Assembly: GCA_944345545.1 (NCBI GenBank) | Contig: CALVMK010000016.1 | Coordinates: forward strand, 1-56,706 | Length of the DNA stretch: 56,706 nucleotides | Reading direction: 5' to 3' | Source of the DNA: an uncultured Clostridia bacterium | Lineage (GTDB): Bacteria; Bacillota; Clostridia; Christensenellales; UBA1242 | Shown here: in pieces, positions 47,823 to 55,987 of the stretch | How the letters are laid out: the number at the start of each line of letters is the position of its first letter | Position numbering within the stretch: position 1 is the first letter of the stretch | Notes under the pieces: generated by a model | The model's input: the letters and a program-made list of their open reading frames with translations, nothing else | Told to the model about the DNA's origin: nothing | Database searches by the model: none | Made by a program: the position numbers and the translations under genes

Positions 47823-48161
47823 CTAATTGCTTATTGCATTAACAGCATTAAGCATTAAGTTGTTAACGCTTTTATTTTCTAACTTATACAAAATTATTTT
47901 TCCTTCACGCCTTGCTGAAACAATTCCTTTATCTTTTAAAAGTTTTAATTGATGGCTTAGTGTTGTTTGATTAATTTCTAAAAGTAAAGATAAATCACTA
48001 ACACACATATCCGTCATTGAAAGACAAGATATAATCTTAACTCTTGTATAATCAGAAAAATTAGAAAAATAGTCGGCAAGTTTTTCCGTAATGCTTTTAG
48101 ATGGCATGTAGGTTAATATTTCCTTTTTAACAGAATCTTTCAATAACAAAAATTTGCTCAT
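47823..48161 (-). CDS. ArsR/SmtB-family metalloregulator (112 aa)
   Basis: The start is placed at the ATG at 48161 (MSKFLLLKD..., GAGGT upstream). The longer track ORF runs through the divergent promoter region. Winged HTH ...RVKIISCLSMTDMCVSDLSLLLEINQTTLSHQLKLLKDKGIV. Has a CVS in place of the canonical CVC metal site. Confidence 0.85.
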   Translation of the reverse strand: MSKFLLLKDSVKKEILTYMPSKSITEKLADYFSNFSDYTRVKIISCLSMTDMCVSDLSLLLEINQTTLSHQLKLLKDKGIVSARREGKIILYKLENKSVNNLMLNAVNAISN

Positions 48162-48184
48162 TTTTACCTCGACCTTGAATTTAT

Positions 48185-48208
48185 TGAACATTTTTAAATT
48201 TAAGTTCA
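48185..48208. promoter_or_regulatory. Candidate ArsR/SmtB operator (TGAAC-N14-GTTCA)
   Basis: TGAAC at 48185-48189 and GTTCA at 48204-48208 form an AT-rich imperfect inverted repeat in the divergent intergenic region. It resembles the TGAA...TTCA half-sites of SmtB/CzrA-type operators (from memory). Confidence 0.3.
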
Positions 48209-48315
48209 TATATACACACTGTACATATTTGCACTGGGCAAGGTCAACTTTTAAAGGTGCAAATTTTAAGGATAAAACTTGAATTTGATAAAATTTTGTA
48301 GAAAGGAGGTAGGTT

Positions 48316-48510
48316 ATGAACTTTTCCCAAGACATTTTGCTTGTTTTGCTTCTATCAATTTTCGCTCAGAGTACAGGAACAGAACTAGCCAATAACACAA
48401 ACTTTCTTCTTCTGTTGCTCTTAGCCCTTTACGGTCAAAATGGCATGAACAATGGTTGCGGATGTGGCTGTGGTTGCAGTTCGTGCAGTGGCAACAATAG
48501 ATTTTTCTAA
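48316..48510 (+). CDS. 64-aa hydrophobic peptide with a C-terminal Gly-Cys repeat
   Basis: Near-perfect RBS GAAAGGAGGTAGGTT before the ATG. Sequence: MNFSQDILLVLLLSIFAQSTGTELANNTNFLLLLLLALYGQNGMNNGCGCGCGCSSCSGNNRFF. The GCGCGCGC run is encoded by alternating synonymous codons (ggt tgc gga tgt ggc tgt ggt tgc), so it is not a DNA microsatellite. Confidence 0.65.
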   Translation: MNFSQDILLVLLLSIFAQSTGTELANNTNFLLLLLLALYGQNGMNNGCGCGCGCSSCSGNNRFF

Positions 48511-49100
48511 TTTTTTAAAAATTCAAGCTTGTTTTTTATTCTATGTAAAGAATTGTCCACGCTTTTATAATTTTTGCCCACCATTTTTGAAATTGTTTGA
48601 TATGAATTACCTTTTAAATAAAGAGTAAGCACTTTTAGCTCTAAGGGCGTAAGTGCTCTTTTTATTTTTTCTAAAATCTCTTTATAATTCTCTTTTTCAA
48701 TCATTTCATCATCAGGTGAAAGTTTGTTAGATGGTATTATCAAAAGTGCTTCTTCTTCTCCAACGCCTTCTTTATATCCACCTTGTGCATCAAGAGAAAC
48801 ATAACTGTTTAAAATTTTATTTTTTTGCCTGTTCGCTTGTTTTACTGCACTTTGAATTTGACGCTTAATGCAAAGATAAGCAAAAGTTTTAAAACTAGCA
48901 TTTTTTTCGCTAAATTTTTGACATGCTTTATATAGCCCAATCATTCCTTCTTGAATCAAATCATCAAGCTCGGCACCTAGCAAAAAATAACTACGTGCAA
49001 CACTGCTGACCATAGGTTTAAACTTAGAAAACAAAATTTCTTCTGCTTCTTCGCTTCCTCCTTGAATCATCTTCACAAGTTCTTCATCAGTCCTTTGCAT
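48507..49100 (-). CDS. sigH: RNA polymerase sigma-H factor
   Basis: 197 aa. ARSYFLLGAELDDLIQEGMIGLYKA...FKTFAYLCIKRQIQSAVKQANRQKNKILNSYVSLD closely parallels B. subtilis SigH. It occupies the conserved position downstream of rlmB. Confidence 0.88.
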   Translation of the reverse strand: MQRTDEELVKMIQGGSEEAEEILFSKFKPMVSSVARSYFLLGAELDDLIQEGMIGLYKACQKFSEKNASFKTFAYLCIKRQIQSAVKQANRQKNKILNSYVSLDAQGGYKEGVGEEEALLIIPSNKLSPDDEMIEKENYKEILEKIKRALTPLELKVLTLYLKGNSYQTISKMVGKNYKSVDNSLHRIKNKLEFLKN

Positions 49101-49121
49101 TTTACCTCTTTTAATTTAAAA

Positions 49122-49835
49122 TTAACTTCTTCTTTGTCTTAAAACTTCAAATAGTACTATTCCTGTTGCCACACTTGCATTTAAAGAATTTATTTTCCCC
49201 ATCATTGGCATAGATATTATTCCATCACATTTTTCTTTTGTAAGCCTTGATATTCCATTTCCTTCACTGCCAATTACAATAGCAATAGGACCATTTAAGT
49301 TAGTTTTATAAATATCATTTCCGCCAGCTTCCGCTGCCCAAACCCACAGACCTTGTTTTTTAAGTTTGTCTATTTCATTATTAATGTTGGAAACTCTTGC
49401 AATCATCACATTGCTTGTTGCCCCAGTGCTTGTTTTTATAACTGTTTCATTCACAGGAACTGCTCTATCTTTAGGAATTATTATTCCATGAACGCCTGCA
49501 CATTCCGCACTTCTAATTATTGCACCAAAATTATGAGTATCATTTATTCCATCTAATATTAAAATAAAAGGCAAAGAAGAGTTAGCACTTTGCAAAATTT
49601 CTTCTACAGTTGAATATTTAAACTCCACTGTTTCAGCAACAATTCCTTGATTTTTGCCAAACTTTTTATCAAGTGCTAATTTTGGTAAATATTCAATTTT
49701 AATTTTTTTATTTCTAGCAATGCTTGCAAGCTTTTGCACTTCATAATCTTTAGCTCCAATTTGTAAGCAAATTTTATTAATAGTTGTTTCATTATTTAAA
49801 GCTTCTCTAATGCTGTTTTTTGTTGTTAAAATCAT
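49122..49835 (-). CDS. rlmB: 23S rRNA (guanosine-2'-O-)-methyltransferase RlmB (SpoU/TrmH family)
   Basis: 237 aa. The NFGAIIRSAE, IVIGSEGNGIS and SLNASVATGIVLFE motifs are typical of SpoU methylases. Confidence 0.88.
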   Translation of the reverse strand: MILTTKNSIREALNNETTINKICLQIGAKDYEVQKLASIARNKKIKIEYLPKLALDKKFGKNQGIVAETVEFKYSTVEEILQSANSSLPFILILDGINDTHNFGAIIRSAECAGVHGIIIPKDRAVPVNETVIKTSTGATSNVMIARVSNINNEIDKLKKQGLWVWAAEAGGNDIYKTNLNGPIAIVIGSEGNGISRLTKEKCDGIISMPMMGKINSLNASVATGIVLFEVLRQRRS

Positions 49836-50398
49836 TTTACCCTACTTTTAACTAAAAGACTATTCATTGTAAAATCTACTAATTTTCCACCCTTTTTAGT
49901 TGAAATTTTAATGTTATTATCATAGTTAACATAAAAAAGGTTTTTAACCACTTTTGGCGCTTCTCCAATTTGAAAAACTATGTAATTTACTGCTAAAAAT
50001 CTTTTTAATGTTTCATTTATTAAAGTTATAACATACATGTTTATTGCATAGTTTTCCATGCTATATGTATATATAATTGCACTATTATAAGTTAGCGCTG
50101 ATGATAAACACATTTCAAGCACTAAACTTGTTTTAGAAGAATTTAAGTCTAAACAAATTCTACCATATGGTTTTAAAACAAATTTGCCATCTGTTTTGTT
50201 GTAAGCACTTCTTTTGTTTTTAAAATTTTCAATTATTTTTAAAATCTCTTCAAAACTTAAATGGGAGGCAGACACTCTATCGTCTATCTCCCTAGCTTTT
50301 TCATACATTTTTTTACTATTAATTAAACCAGCTTTTAAAGCAATTAAAAACTTGTTTAATTCATATTCTCTTATGCTGATTTTATCTTTCAAGCTCAT
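49832..50398 (-). CDS. Hypothetical 188-aa protein inserted in the mrnC-rlmB-sigH cluster
   Basis: ORF with a 4-nt overlap onto rlmB. No motif recognised. Confidence 0.55.
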   Translation of the reverse strand: MSLKDKISIREYELNKFLIALKAGLINSKKMYEKAREIDDRVSASHLSFEEILKIIENFKNKRSAYNKTDGKFVLKPYGRICLDLNSSKTSLVLEMCLSSALTYNSAIIYTYSMENYAINMYVITLINETLKRFLAVNYIVFQIGEAPKVVKNLFYVNYDNNIKISTKKGGKLVDFTMNSLLVKSRVK

Positions 50399-50516
50399 TC
50401 TCCGAATCTAAATCTGGAAAATACTCATTAGGCAATTCAAAAACAACTTTTGCTGTTCCAGCAAGCATCTCGTTTATTTCCTTAACCACATTATCATTTT
50501 TGTAAAATTCTTGCAT
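50382..50516 (-). CDS. Unlisted 44-aa acidic ORF with a strong RBS
   Basis: Hand translation: MQEFYKNDNVVKEINEMLAGTAKVVFELPNEYFPDLDSENELER. AAGGAG lies 6 nt upstream of the ATG at 50516. It overlaps the start of the 188-aa ORF by 17 nt. Confidence 0.35.
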   Translation of the reverse strand: MQEFYKNDNVVKEINEMLAGTAKVVFELPNEYFPDLDSENELER

Positions 50517-50555
50517 AAAAAACTCCTTGCTTATAATTTATCACTTTTTGTAAGT

Positions 50556-50912
50556 TTATGTCAAATTTTCAAGCGATTTATTTAAAATCTGTTCAAGCCT
50601 TTCAAAATTTTTTTCTAAATATAAATAACCTATTAACGCTTCAAAAGATGTTGCTCTTTTATACTCAACCAGTTTAGCATTTTTGGGTGCATCATGAGTT
50701 TTAGCGTTTCTTGCTTTTCTTACTATGTCCTTTTCTATATCATTTAATATCGGCTCTATTTTTGTTAAAGCTTCACTTTGTGCACTAGCCTTACAATAGC
50801 TAGAACATAACTTGTGCATTGCCCCGGCAGAAACATTTTCGTTTGCAAATTTATTTCTTATAAATAAAGTGTGCACAGCATCTCCAACAAAGGCTAGAAT
50901 TAAACTGTTCAT
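50556..50912 (-). CDS. mrnC: Mini-ribonuclease III
   Basis: 118 aa. LAFVGDAVHTLFIR and FEALIGYLYL are hallmarks of Mini-III. ATGA overlap with hisS. Confidence 0.88.
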   Translation of the reverse strand: MNSLILAFVGDAVHTLFIRNKFANENVSAGAMHKLCSSYCKASAQSEALTKIEPILNDIEKDIVRKARNAKTHDAPKNAKLVEYKRATSFEALIGYLYLEKNFERLEQILNKSLENLT

Positions 50913-52177
50913 AAAACGCTTTTAATCTCCTGTAAGCTTACTTTTTTAGTTTCTCCAGTTATCATGTTTTTTACTCCAAAAATTTCGCTTGACACTTCAT
51001 CTTCACCTACAACAATTATATATGGTACGCCAATTTTGTTTGCAACATTCATTCTTGATTTGAAACTCTTTGAATATAACACTTCACATGGAATATTTAT
51101 TTTTCTAAGTTCACTTGCCATTTTAAAACAATAATTTACTGTTTCGCCTAAGGGCAATATAGCCACTTTTGAATAACTTGGTGTTTGGAAATCCAATTTA
51201 TTTAGTTCTTTTAAAAGCACAAACAACCTTGTAAGCCCCATTCCAAATCCAACACCTGGCATTTTGGAAGAAGAAAAATATCCCGTTAAGTTTTCATATC
51301 TTCCCCCACCACCAATGCTTATTGCATTGAATTCTTTTAGCCTTCCTTCAAAAACTGTTCCAGTGTAATAATCTAGTCCCCTAATTATATTTAAATCTAA
51401 TCTTACGTTATTAATGTTTAACGATTTAAGTAGCTCAAAAACTCTTTCAAGTTCTATCACACCTTGTTTATAGGTTTCATTGTCAATTCCACAAGTTTTT
51501 AAGTTTTCTAATTTTTTTATTTCAAAAACTTCAAAAATTTTATCAGTTTTATCTTCAGCTAAGTTTTGAACTTCTTTATAACAAAGTTCTTTTCCCATTT
51601 TTTCAAACTTATCTAAAAGCCCTAATATTTCATTTTGTTTGTCTTGCAAATTTAATTCTTGCAACAACCCAAAAAGAATTTTTCTGTTTGATATTAAAAT
51701 CTCGGCATCAACTTTTAAAGCAGAATATATTTGACTTAAAATACTTATCACTTCGGCATCAGCTTCAATAGGAAGTTCGCCATCCCCAATAATATCTGCA
51801 TCACATTGATAAAACTCTCTCAATCTTCCTTTTTGTGGTCTTTCACCACGATAAACTTTTCCTATTTGATATCTCCTAAAAGGAAAAGTTAAATCGTTTT
51901 TGTATAATGAAACATATTTAGCAAGGGGAACTGTTAAATCAAAACGCATGGTCATATCTGTTTCCCCTTTTGAAAATCTAAAAATTTGCTTTTCTGTTTC
52001 TCCGCCAGCTTTTGCAAGTAAAATTTCAGATAGTTCAAGAACTGGTGTGTCAGTACAGCATAATCCATTCAGTTTTAACACGTTTTCAATTTTTTCTTTC
52101 ATATCATTAAAAACTTTTTGCTCTTTTGGCAAAAGTTCTAAAAAGCCTGACATTGTTCTTGGTTTTATTGTTTGCAT
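50909..52177 (-). CDS. hisS: Histidine--tRNA ligase
   Basis: 422 aa class II synthetase. Has MRFDLTVPLAKYV, RRYQIGKVYRGERPQKGRLREFYQCD (motif 2) and GGGGRYENL (motif 3). GGGAGA RBS. Confidence 0.88.
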   Translation of the reverse strand: MQTIKPRTMSGFLELLPKEQKVFNDMKEKIENVLKLNGLCCTDTPVLELSEILLAKAGGETEKQIFRFSKGETDMTMRFDLTVPLAKYVSLYKNDLTFPFRRYQIGKVYRGERPQKGRLREFYQCDADIIGDGELPIEADAEVISILSQIYSALKVDAEILISNRKILFGLLQELNLQDKQNEILGLLDKFEKMGKELCYKEVQNLAEDKTDKIFEVFEIKKLENLKTCGIDNETYKQGVIELERVFELLKSLNINNVRLDLNIIRGLDYYTGTVFEGRLKEFNAISIGGGGRYENLTGYFSSSKMPGVGFGMGLTRLFVLLKELNKLDFQTPSYSKVAILPLGETVNYCFKMASELRKINIPCEVLYSKSFKSRMNVANKIGVPYIIVVGEDEVSSEIFGVKNMITGETKKVSLQEIKSVL

Positions 52178-52210
52178 AAAATTTCTCCCAGTTTTCGATA
52201 TTTTAACCCT

Positions 52211-52422
52211 TTATCCACACTTTTGTCAACAAAAACAAATGTTCAAAAAATTTTATGAGTTGCATATATTTAAAAGGAAAAATGAATATAATGTGAACAA
52301 AAAGGGGTGAGTTATCCACATTTCCACAGAGTTATCACCTTTTATTTTTATAAATTTTAATGAATAAACATACAAAATAAGGGGTTTTTTACAAAACTTC
52401 CCTAGTTATCCACATTTCCACA
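52211..52422 (+). promoter_or_regulatory. Cluster of DnaA boxes
   Basis: Perfect TTATCCACA at 52211-52219, 52312-52320 and 52406-52414, all in the same orientation. Each of the last two is directly followed by TTTCCACA, giving an 18-nt direct repeat GTTATCCACATTTCCACA. Near-boxes TTATCACC (52332-52339) and, on the other strand, TTGTTCACA (52291-52299). Confidence 0.7.
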
Positions 52423-52528
52423 ATCATTTATAAAACTTTTTTACAAAACTTTTTTAAAAAATTTAATCTAAATAAACATCTGTTTTATAATAATTTTCTA
52501 ATCTTTTTCCCTTCAGTTATTAATTTGC

Positions 52529-52558
52529 TTGACTAAATAATATTGTTAGACGTATACT
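52529..52558 (+). promoter_or_regulatory. Candidate sigma-A promoter for the MetRS-like gene
   Basis: TTGACT (52529-52534), 18-nt spacer, then TATACT (52553-52558). Confidence 0.35.
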
Positions 52559-52584
52559 TTTCTTAATTTATTAAAAGGACTTTT

Positions 52585-54564
52585 ATGAACGAATATAAGC
52601 TTAAAAACAGACCAAATTTCCCTAAACGTGCAGTTGTTACATCTGGCATGCCATACGGCAACAAAAATTTACATTGTGGACACATCAGCACTTTTATTCA
52701 TAGCGATTTTTATGCAAGATTTTTGCGTGATAGAATAGGCAAGGATAATGTTATTTATGTTTGCGGAACTGATTGTTATGGCTCTCCCATTTTAGAAGGT
52801 TATAGAAAGTTAGTAGAAAACAAAAAGTTTGATGGAAGCATAGTTGATTATGTAAAAAACAATCATAATCTTCAAAGTGATGTTTTAAAGGCATATGATA
52901 TATCTTTAAACATTTTTGGAGCTTCTGCTTTTGGCGAAGCAAAAAGTTATCACGACCAAACAAGCGAATGGGTATTCAATAAACTTTTAGAAAGTGGCAA
53001 ACTTGAAATTTTATCCACTTTGCAATTTTATGACACTGCAAAACAAACCTTTTTAAATGGTAGACAAGTTGTGGGGAAATGCCCTTTTGAAAATTGTGCT
53101 AGCGAGCATGCCTACGCAGACGAATGCGACCAAGGTCATCAATATATGCCAGAAGAATTAATTGACCCAGTGAGCACTCTATCAGGTGAAAAGCCAATTT
53201 TAAAAAGTATTGAAAACTATTACTTAGATCTTGGAAGTTACACAGACCTTTTAAAAGAATGGTTAAACGATTTAGAACAAAACACGCCAACAAGAAATTA
53301 TATAATAAAAGAGATAAGAGAGTTTTTAAAAAAACCTGAAATATACATTAAAAATGAATATAAAGAGCAGTTTAACAAGCTTACAAATCTTGGAACCTAT
53401 GAAATTATTGAAGAAAAAAATAAGTCTTCATTCACTATTGTTTTTAACAAATTAACAGACAGAGAAAAAGCTTGTGACATTTTAACCAAGCAAGGAATTA
53501 GATACAGAACAGGAAAAACACTTGTTCCGTTTAGACTTACAGGAAATATTGAATGGGGCGTAAAAGTTCCTGAAACAAAACAATTAAAAAACCTAACCTT
53601 TTGGGTATGGCCAGAAAGCCTTTGGGCACCTATAAGTTTTACAAAAGCTTATCTTAAAGACGATAAAGAAGAATGGAAAAAATGGTGGTGCAGTGATGAA
53701 AGCAAAGTTTACCAATTTATTGGAGAAGACAACATATATTTCTATGGTCCTGCTCAAAGTGGTATTTGGCTTGCATGCCAAGGGAAAAATCCAAGTGCAA
53801 AAGTTAAAGATGGCGACTTAAAATTTACACAAATTATAGCAAATAAACACACATTATTTTTAGGTCGTAAAGCATCAAGCAGTTCAGAAACTCCTCCACC
53901 AATGGCATTTGACTTATTAAATTATTATACGCCAGAACAAATAAGAGCCCACATGCTTGGTGCCAATGTTGGAAACAATAATGTTCCATTTAGCCCAAAA
54001 CAATTTAATCCTAATGCCAATGATGATGAACAAGACCCTGTTTTAAAAGAAGGTAATTTGTTTACTAACGTGTTAAACAGAGCTGTGAGAAGTGTATTTT
54101 ACATTTTAGGAGAAAACTATAATTGGACAATTCCTAATCTTCATGTAAGCGAAAAAGTAAAGGACGAAGGCGATAACATGATATTAGATTGCGAAAGGCT
54201 TGCTTATGATGAAAAGATACATGTGGTAATGAATAAGCTTGACGGATATATAAGAAATATAAACAAACATTTTGTAAAATTATCTAAGGATTACAAATGG
54301 AATTCACCAGAAGCAAATCAAGGAATTGTTGATGTTCTTAACATGATAAAAGTTGCAACTCTTATTAGTCATGCAATAGTTCCAAGCGGAACAGAAATGA
54401 TTGTGGACTATTTGAATATAGACAAAGAAAAGTTTTTTAATTGGGAAAATTGTTTTGAAGAATTATCTTATTTTTATAATAATGAAGAACAACATAAAAT
54501 AAAAGAGCTTCTTCCAAGAGTAGATTTCTTTAAAAAACACCCTTCACAATTAATGCAAGATTAA
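52585..54564 (+). CDS. metG: Class I aminoacyl-tRNA synthetase of MetRS type, with divergent signature motifs
   Basis: 659 aa. MPYGNKNLHCGH...ARFLRDRIGKDNVIYVCGTDCYGSPI aligns by eye with the MetRS HIGH region. Zinc knuckle GKCPFENCASEHAYADECDQGH. The KMSKS position reads GRKASSS. Confidence 0.7.
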   Translation: MNEYKLKNRPNFPKRAVVTSGMPYGNKNLHCGHISTFIHSDFYARFLRDRIGKDNVIYVCGTDCYGSPILEGYRKLVENKKFDGSIVDYVKNNHNLQSDVLKAYDISLNIFGASAFGEAKSYHDQTSEWVFNKLLESGKLEILSTLQFYDTAKQTFLNGRQVVGKCPFENCASEHAYADECDQGHQYMPEELIDPVSTLSGEKPILKSIENYYLDLGSYTDLLKEWLNDLEQNTPTRNYIIKEIREFLKKPEIYIKNEYKEQFNKLTNLGTYEIIEEKNKSSFTIVFNKLTDREKACDILTKQGIRYRTGKTLVPFRLTGNIEWGVKVPETKQLKNLTFWVWPESLWAPISFTKAYLKDDKEEWKKWWCSDESKVYQFIGEDNIYFYGPAQSGIWLACQGKNPSAKVKDGDLKFTQIIANKHTLFLGRKASSSSETPPPMAFDLLNYYTPEQIRAHMLGANVGNNNVPFSPKQFNPNANDDEQDPVLKEGNLFTNVLNRAVRSVFYILGENYNWTIPNLHVSEKVKDEGDNMILDCERLAYDEKIHVVMNKLDGYIRNINKHFVKLSKDYKWNSPEANQGIVDVLNMIKVATLISHAIVPSGTEMIVDYLNIDKEKFFNWENCFEELSYFYNNEEQHKIKELLPRVDFFKKHPSQLMQD

Positions 54565-54593
54565 AAAAACCGAGTTAACACTCGGTTTTTTTT
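54563..54593. terminator. Bidirectional intrinsic terminator between the MetRS-like gene and trpS
   Basis: ACCGAGT / ACTCGGT stem flanked by A7 and T8 runs. Confidence 0.8.
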
Positions 54594-55578
54594 ACACTCC
54601 AATAGCTTTTCGCACTCTGCAAATAGTTTCTTTAGCAATTATTCTTGCTTTTTCAGCTCCACTTTTTAAAATTTTATCTATTTCTTCTTTGTTAGCCAAT
54701 ATAGAAATATATTTTTCTCTTAAAGGGGTCAAATATTCATTAGCCTTTTCAAATACAATTTTTTTAACTTCTCCCCAACCAATGCCTTGGTTAAATCTTT
54801 TTGTCATCTCTTCAACTTCTTGAGAATTTGCAAATAATTTGTATAACTCAAACAACATATGAGATGTTGGTTTTGGGTCTGTTGGCAAACTACTATCAGT
54901 AACAACGCTATATATTTTTTTCTTTAAAACTTCTGGGCTAGCAAAAAGTTCAATTGCATTTCCATAACTTTTACTCATTTTTCTACCATCAATCCCACAA
55001 ATAGTTTTAACTTCTTCTCTTATCATTTCTTTTGGTATGGTAAATGTTTCACCATATTTATTATTAAAATATCTAGCTATTTCTTTCGCCATTTCAATAT
55101 GTTGCTTTTGATCTTGTCCAACAGGCACCAAATTAGTATTAAACAACAAAATATCAGCAGTCATCAAAATTGGATAATTATATAATCCCATATTAATTCC
55201 CGCATCAACATCTAAACCTTCTTCCTCGTTTTTTTGAACTTGAGCTTTATATGCATGAGCTCTATTCATCATACCTTTTGGGGTAACATTGCAAAGTATC
55301 CAATTTAGTTCAAAAACTTCTGGAATATCGCTTTGTCTATAAAAAATAATTTTATCAGGGTCTAAACCACATGCAAGCCAAGTTGCAGCGACCTCATAAG
55401 TATGAATTTTCATTTCTTCTGCATTTTTTATAGTGTTTAAAGCATGATAATCGGCAATAAAATAAAAGCATTGTTCTTCATTTTTAGCCAAGTCTAACGC
55501 AGGCAAAATAGCGCCAAAATAATTAGCAATATGAGGTGTGCCAGTTGGCTTTATGCCAGTAAGTAAAATATCTTTCAT
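54592..55578 (-). CDS. trpS: Tryptophan--tRNA ligase
   Basis: The start is placed at the ATG at 55578 (MKDILLTGIKPTGTPHIANY, AAGGAG upstream). KMSKS is intact (GRKMSKSYGN). 328 aa, typical of TrpRS. Confidence 0.92.
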   Translation of the reverse strand: MKDILLTGIKPTGTPHIANYFGAILPALDLAKNEEQCFYFIADYHALNTIKNAEEMKIHTYEVAATWLACGLDPDKIIFYRQSDIPEVFELNWILCNVTPKGMMNRAHAYKAQVQKNEEEGLDVDAGINMGLYNYPILMTADILLFNTNLVPVGQDQKQHIEMAKEIARYFNNKYGETFTIPKEMIREEVKTICGIDGRKMSKSYGNAIELFASPEVLKKKIYSVVTDSSLPTDPKPTSHMLFELYKLFANSQEVEEMTKRFNQGIGWGEVKKIVFEKANEYLTPLREKYISILANKEEIDKILKSGAEKARIIAKETICRVRKAIGV

Positions 55579-55684
55579 AAAACTCCTTCTCGGGAATTTT
55601 AGCACAAACTTATAAAAAAGACAAAATTATTTTAGACAAAAAAATAAAATGTTTTATCATTTTAGAAAAAATTTGAGAAAAACC

Positions 55685-55713
55685 TTGACATAAAGAAAAA
55701 TATATTATAAAAT
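55685..55713 (+). promoter_or_regulatory. Sigma-A promoter for the tRNA-Met / tRNA-Glu transcription unit
   Basis: TTGACA (55685-55690), 17-nt spacer, then TAAAAT (55708-55713), about 14 nt before the tRNA. Confidence 0.6.
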
Positions 55714-55726
55714 CATAGAGCAATTT

Positions 55727-55803
55727 GGCGGTGTAGCTCAGTTGGTTAGAGCGTACGGTTCATACCCGTAAGGTCAGTGGTTCGAATCTACTCACCGCTA
55801 CCA
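55727..55803 (+). tRNA. tRNA-Met (CAT), elongator type
   Basis: 77 nt. GGCGGTG/CACCGCT acceptor, anticodon loop TTCATAC, T-arm AGTGG-TTCGAAT-CTACT, encoded CCA. Lacks the initiator features (no 1:72 mismatch, no GGG/CCC anticodon stem). Close to B. subtilis elongator tRNA-Met from memory. Confidence 0.88.
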
Positions 55804-55834
55804 TTCTTTGTTTAAACAAAGAAGAGCAAAAAAT

Positions 55835-55866
55835 AACGGGCAAATAAGCCCGCAAGGTCGACAAAA
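55835..55866 (+). repeat. 32-nt direct repeat, copy 1
   Basis: AACGGGCAAATAAGCCCGCAAGGTCGACAAAA. It repeats at 55988-56019 with one substitution. Confidence 0.88.
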
Positions 55867-55987
55867 TTAGTTCCTACTCTGCGTAGAGGCCGCTTCGCCC
55901 GCCAGTTGCGACCAAGATCACACGCGTAGTTGGAACCTGCGTTTGGTCGCTGAGGAAAGGTTTGCGACCGCTAAGCGAAATTTGACC
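55867..55987 (+). other. 121-nt G+C-rich island between the two 32-nt repeats
   Basis: Visibly G+C-rich relative to its surroundings. Contains the internal pairing GCGACCAA...TTGGTCGC (8 bp) enclosing ACGC...GCGT, and a repeated TTGCGACC. Confidence 0.5.

Noticed and set aside
48162-48335. N-terminal 58 codons of the track ORF 47823-48335.
   Set aside because: They would extend the ArsR-family protein through the divergent promoter region and into the start of the opposite peptide gene. The internal ATG at 48161 has a GAGGT RBS and gives a normal-length ArsR protein.
51900-52310. 136-aa plus-strand ORF spanning the hisS 5' end and the DnaA-box region.
   Set aside because: It is antisense to hisS for most of its length, has no RBS and contains no motifs.
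52178-52584. T-box or other leader riboswitches upstream of hisS, the MetRS-like gene and trpS (also 55579-55726).
   Set aside because: I found no T-box sequence (AANNNGGGTGGNACCGCG-type) or specifier/antiterminator arrangement on the relevant strands. The trpS leader is too short and purely AT-rich.
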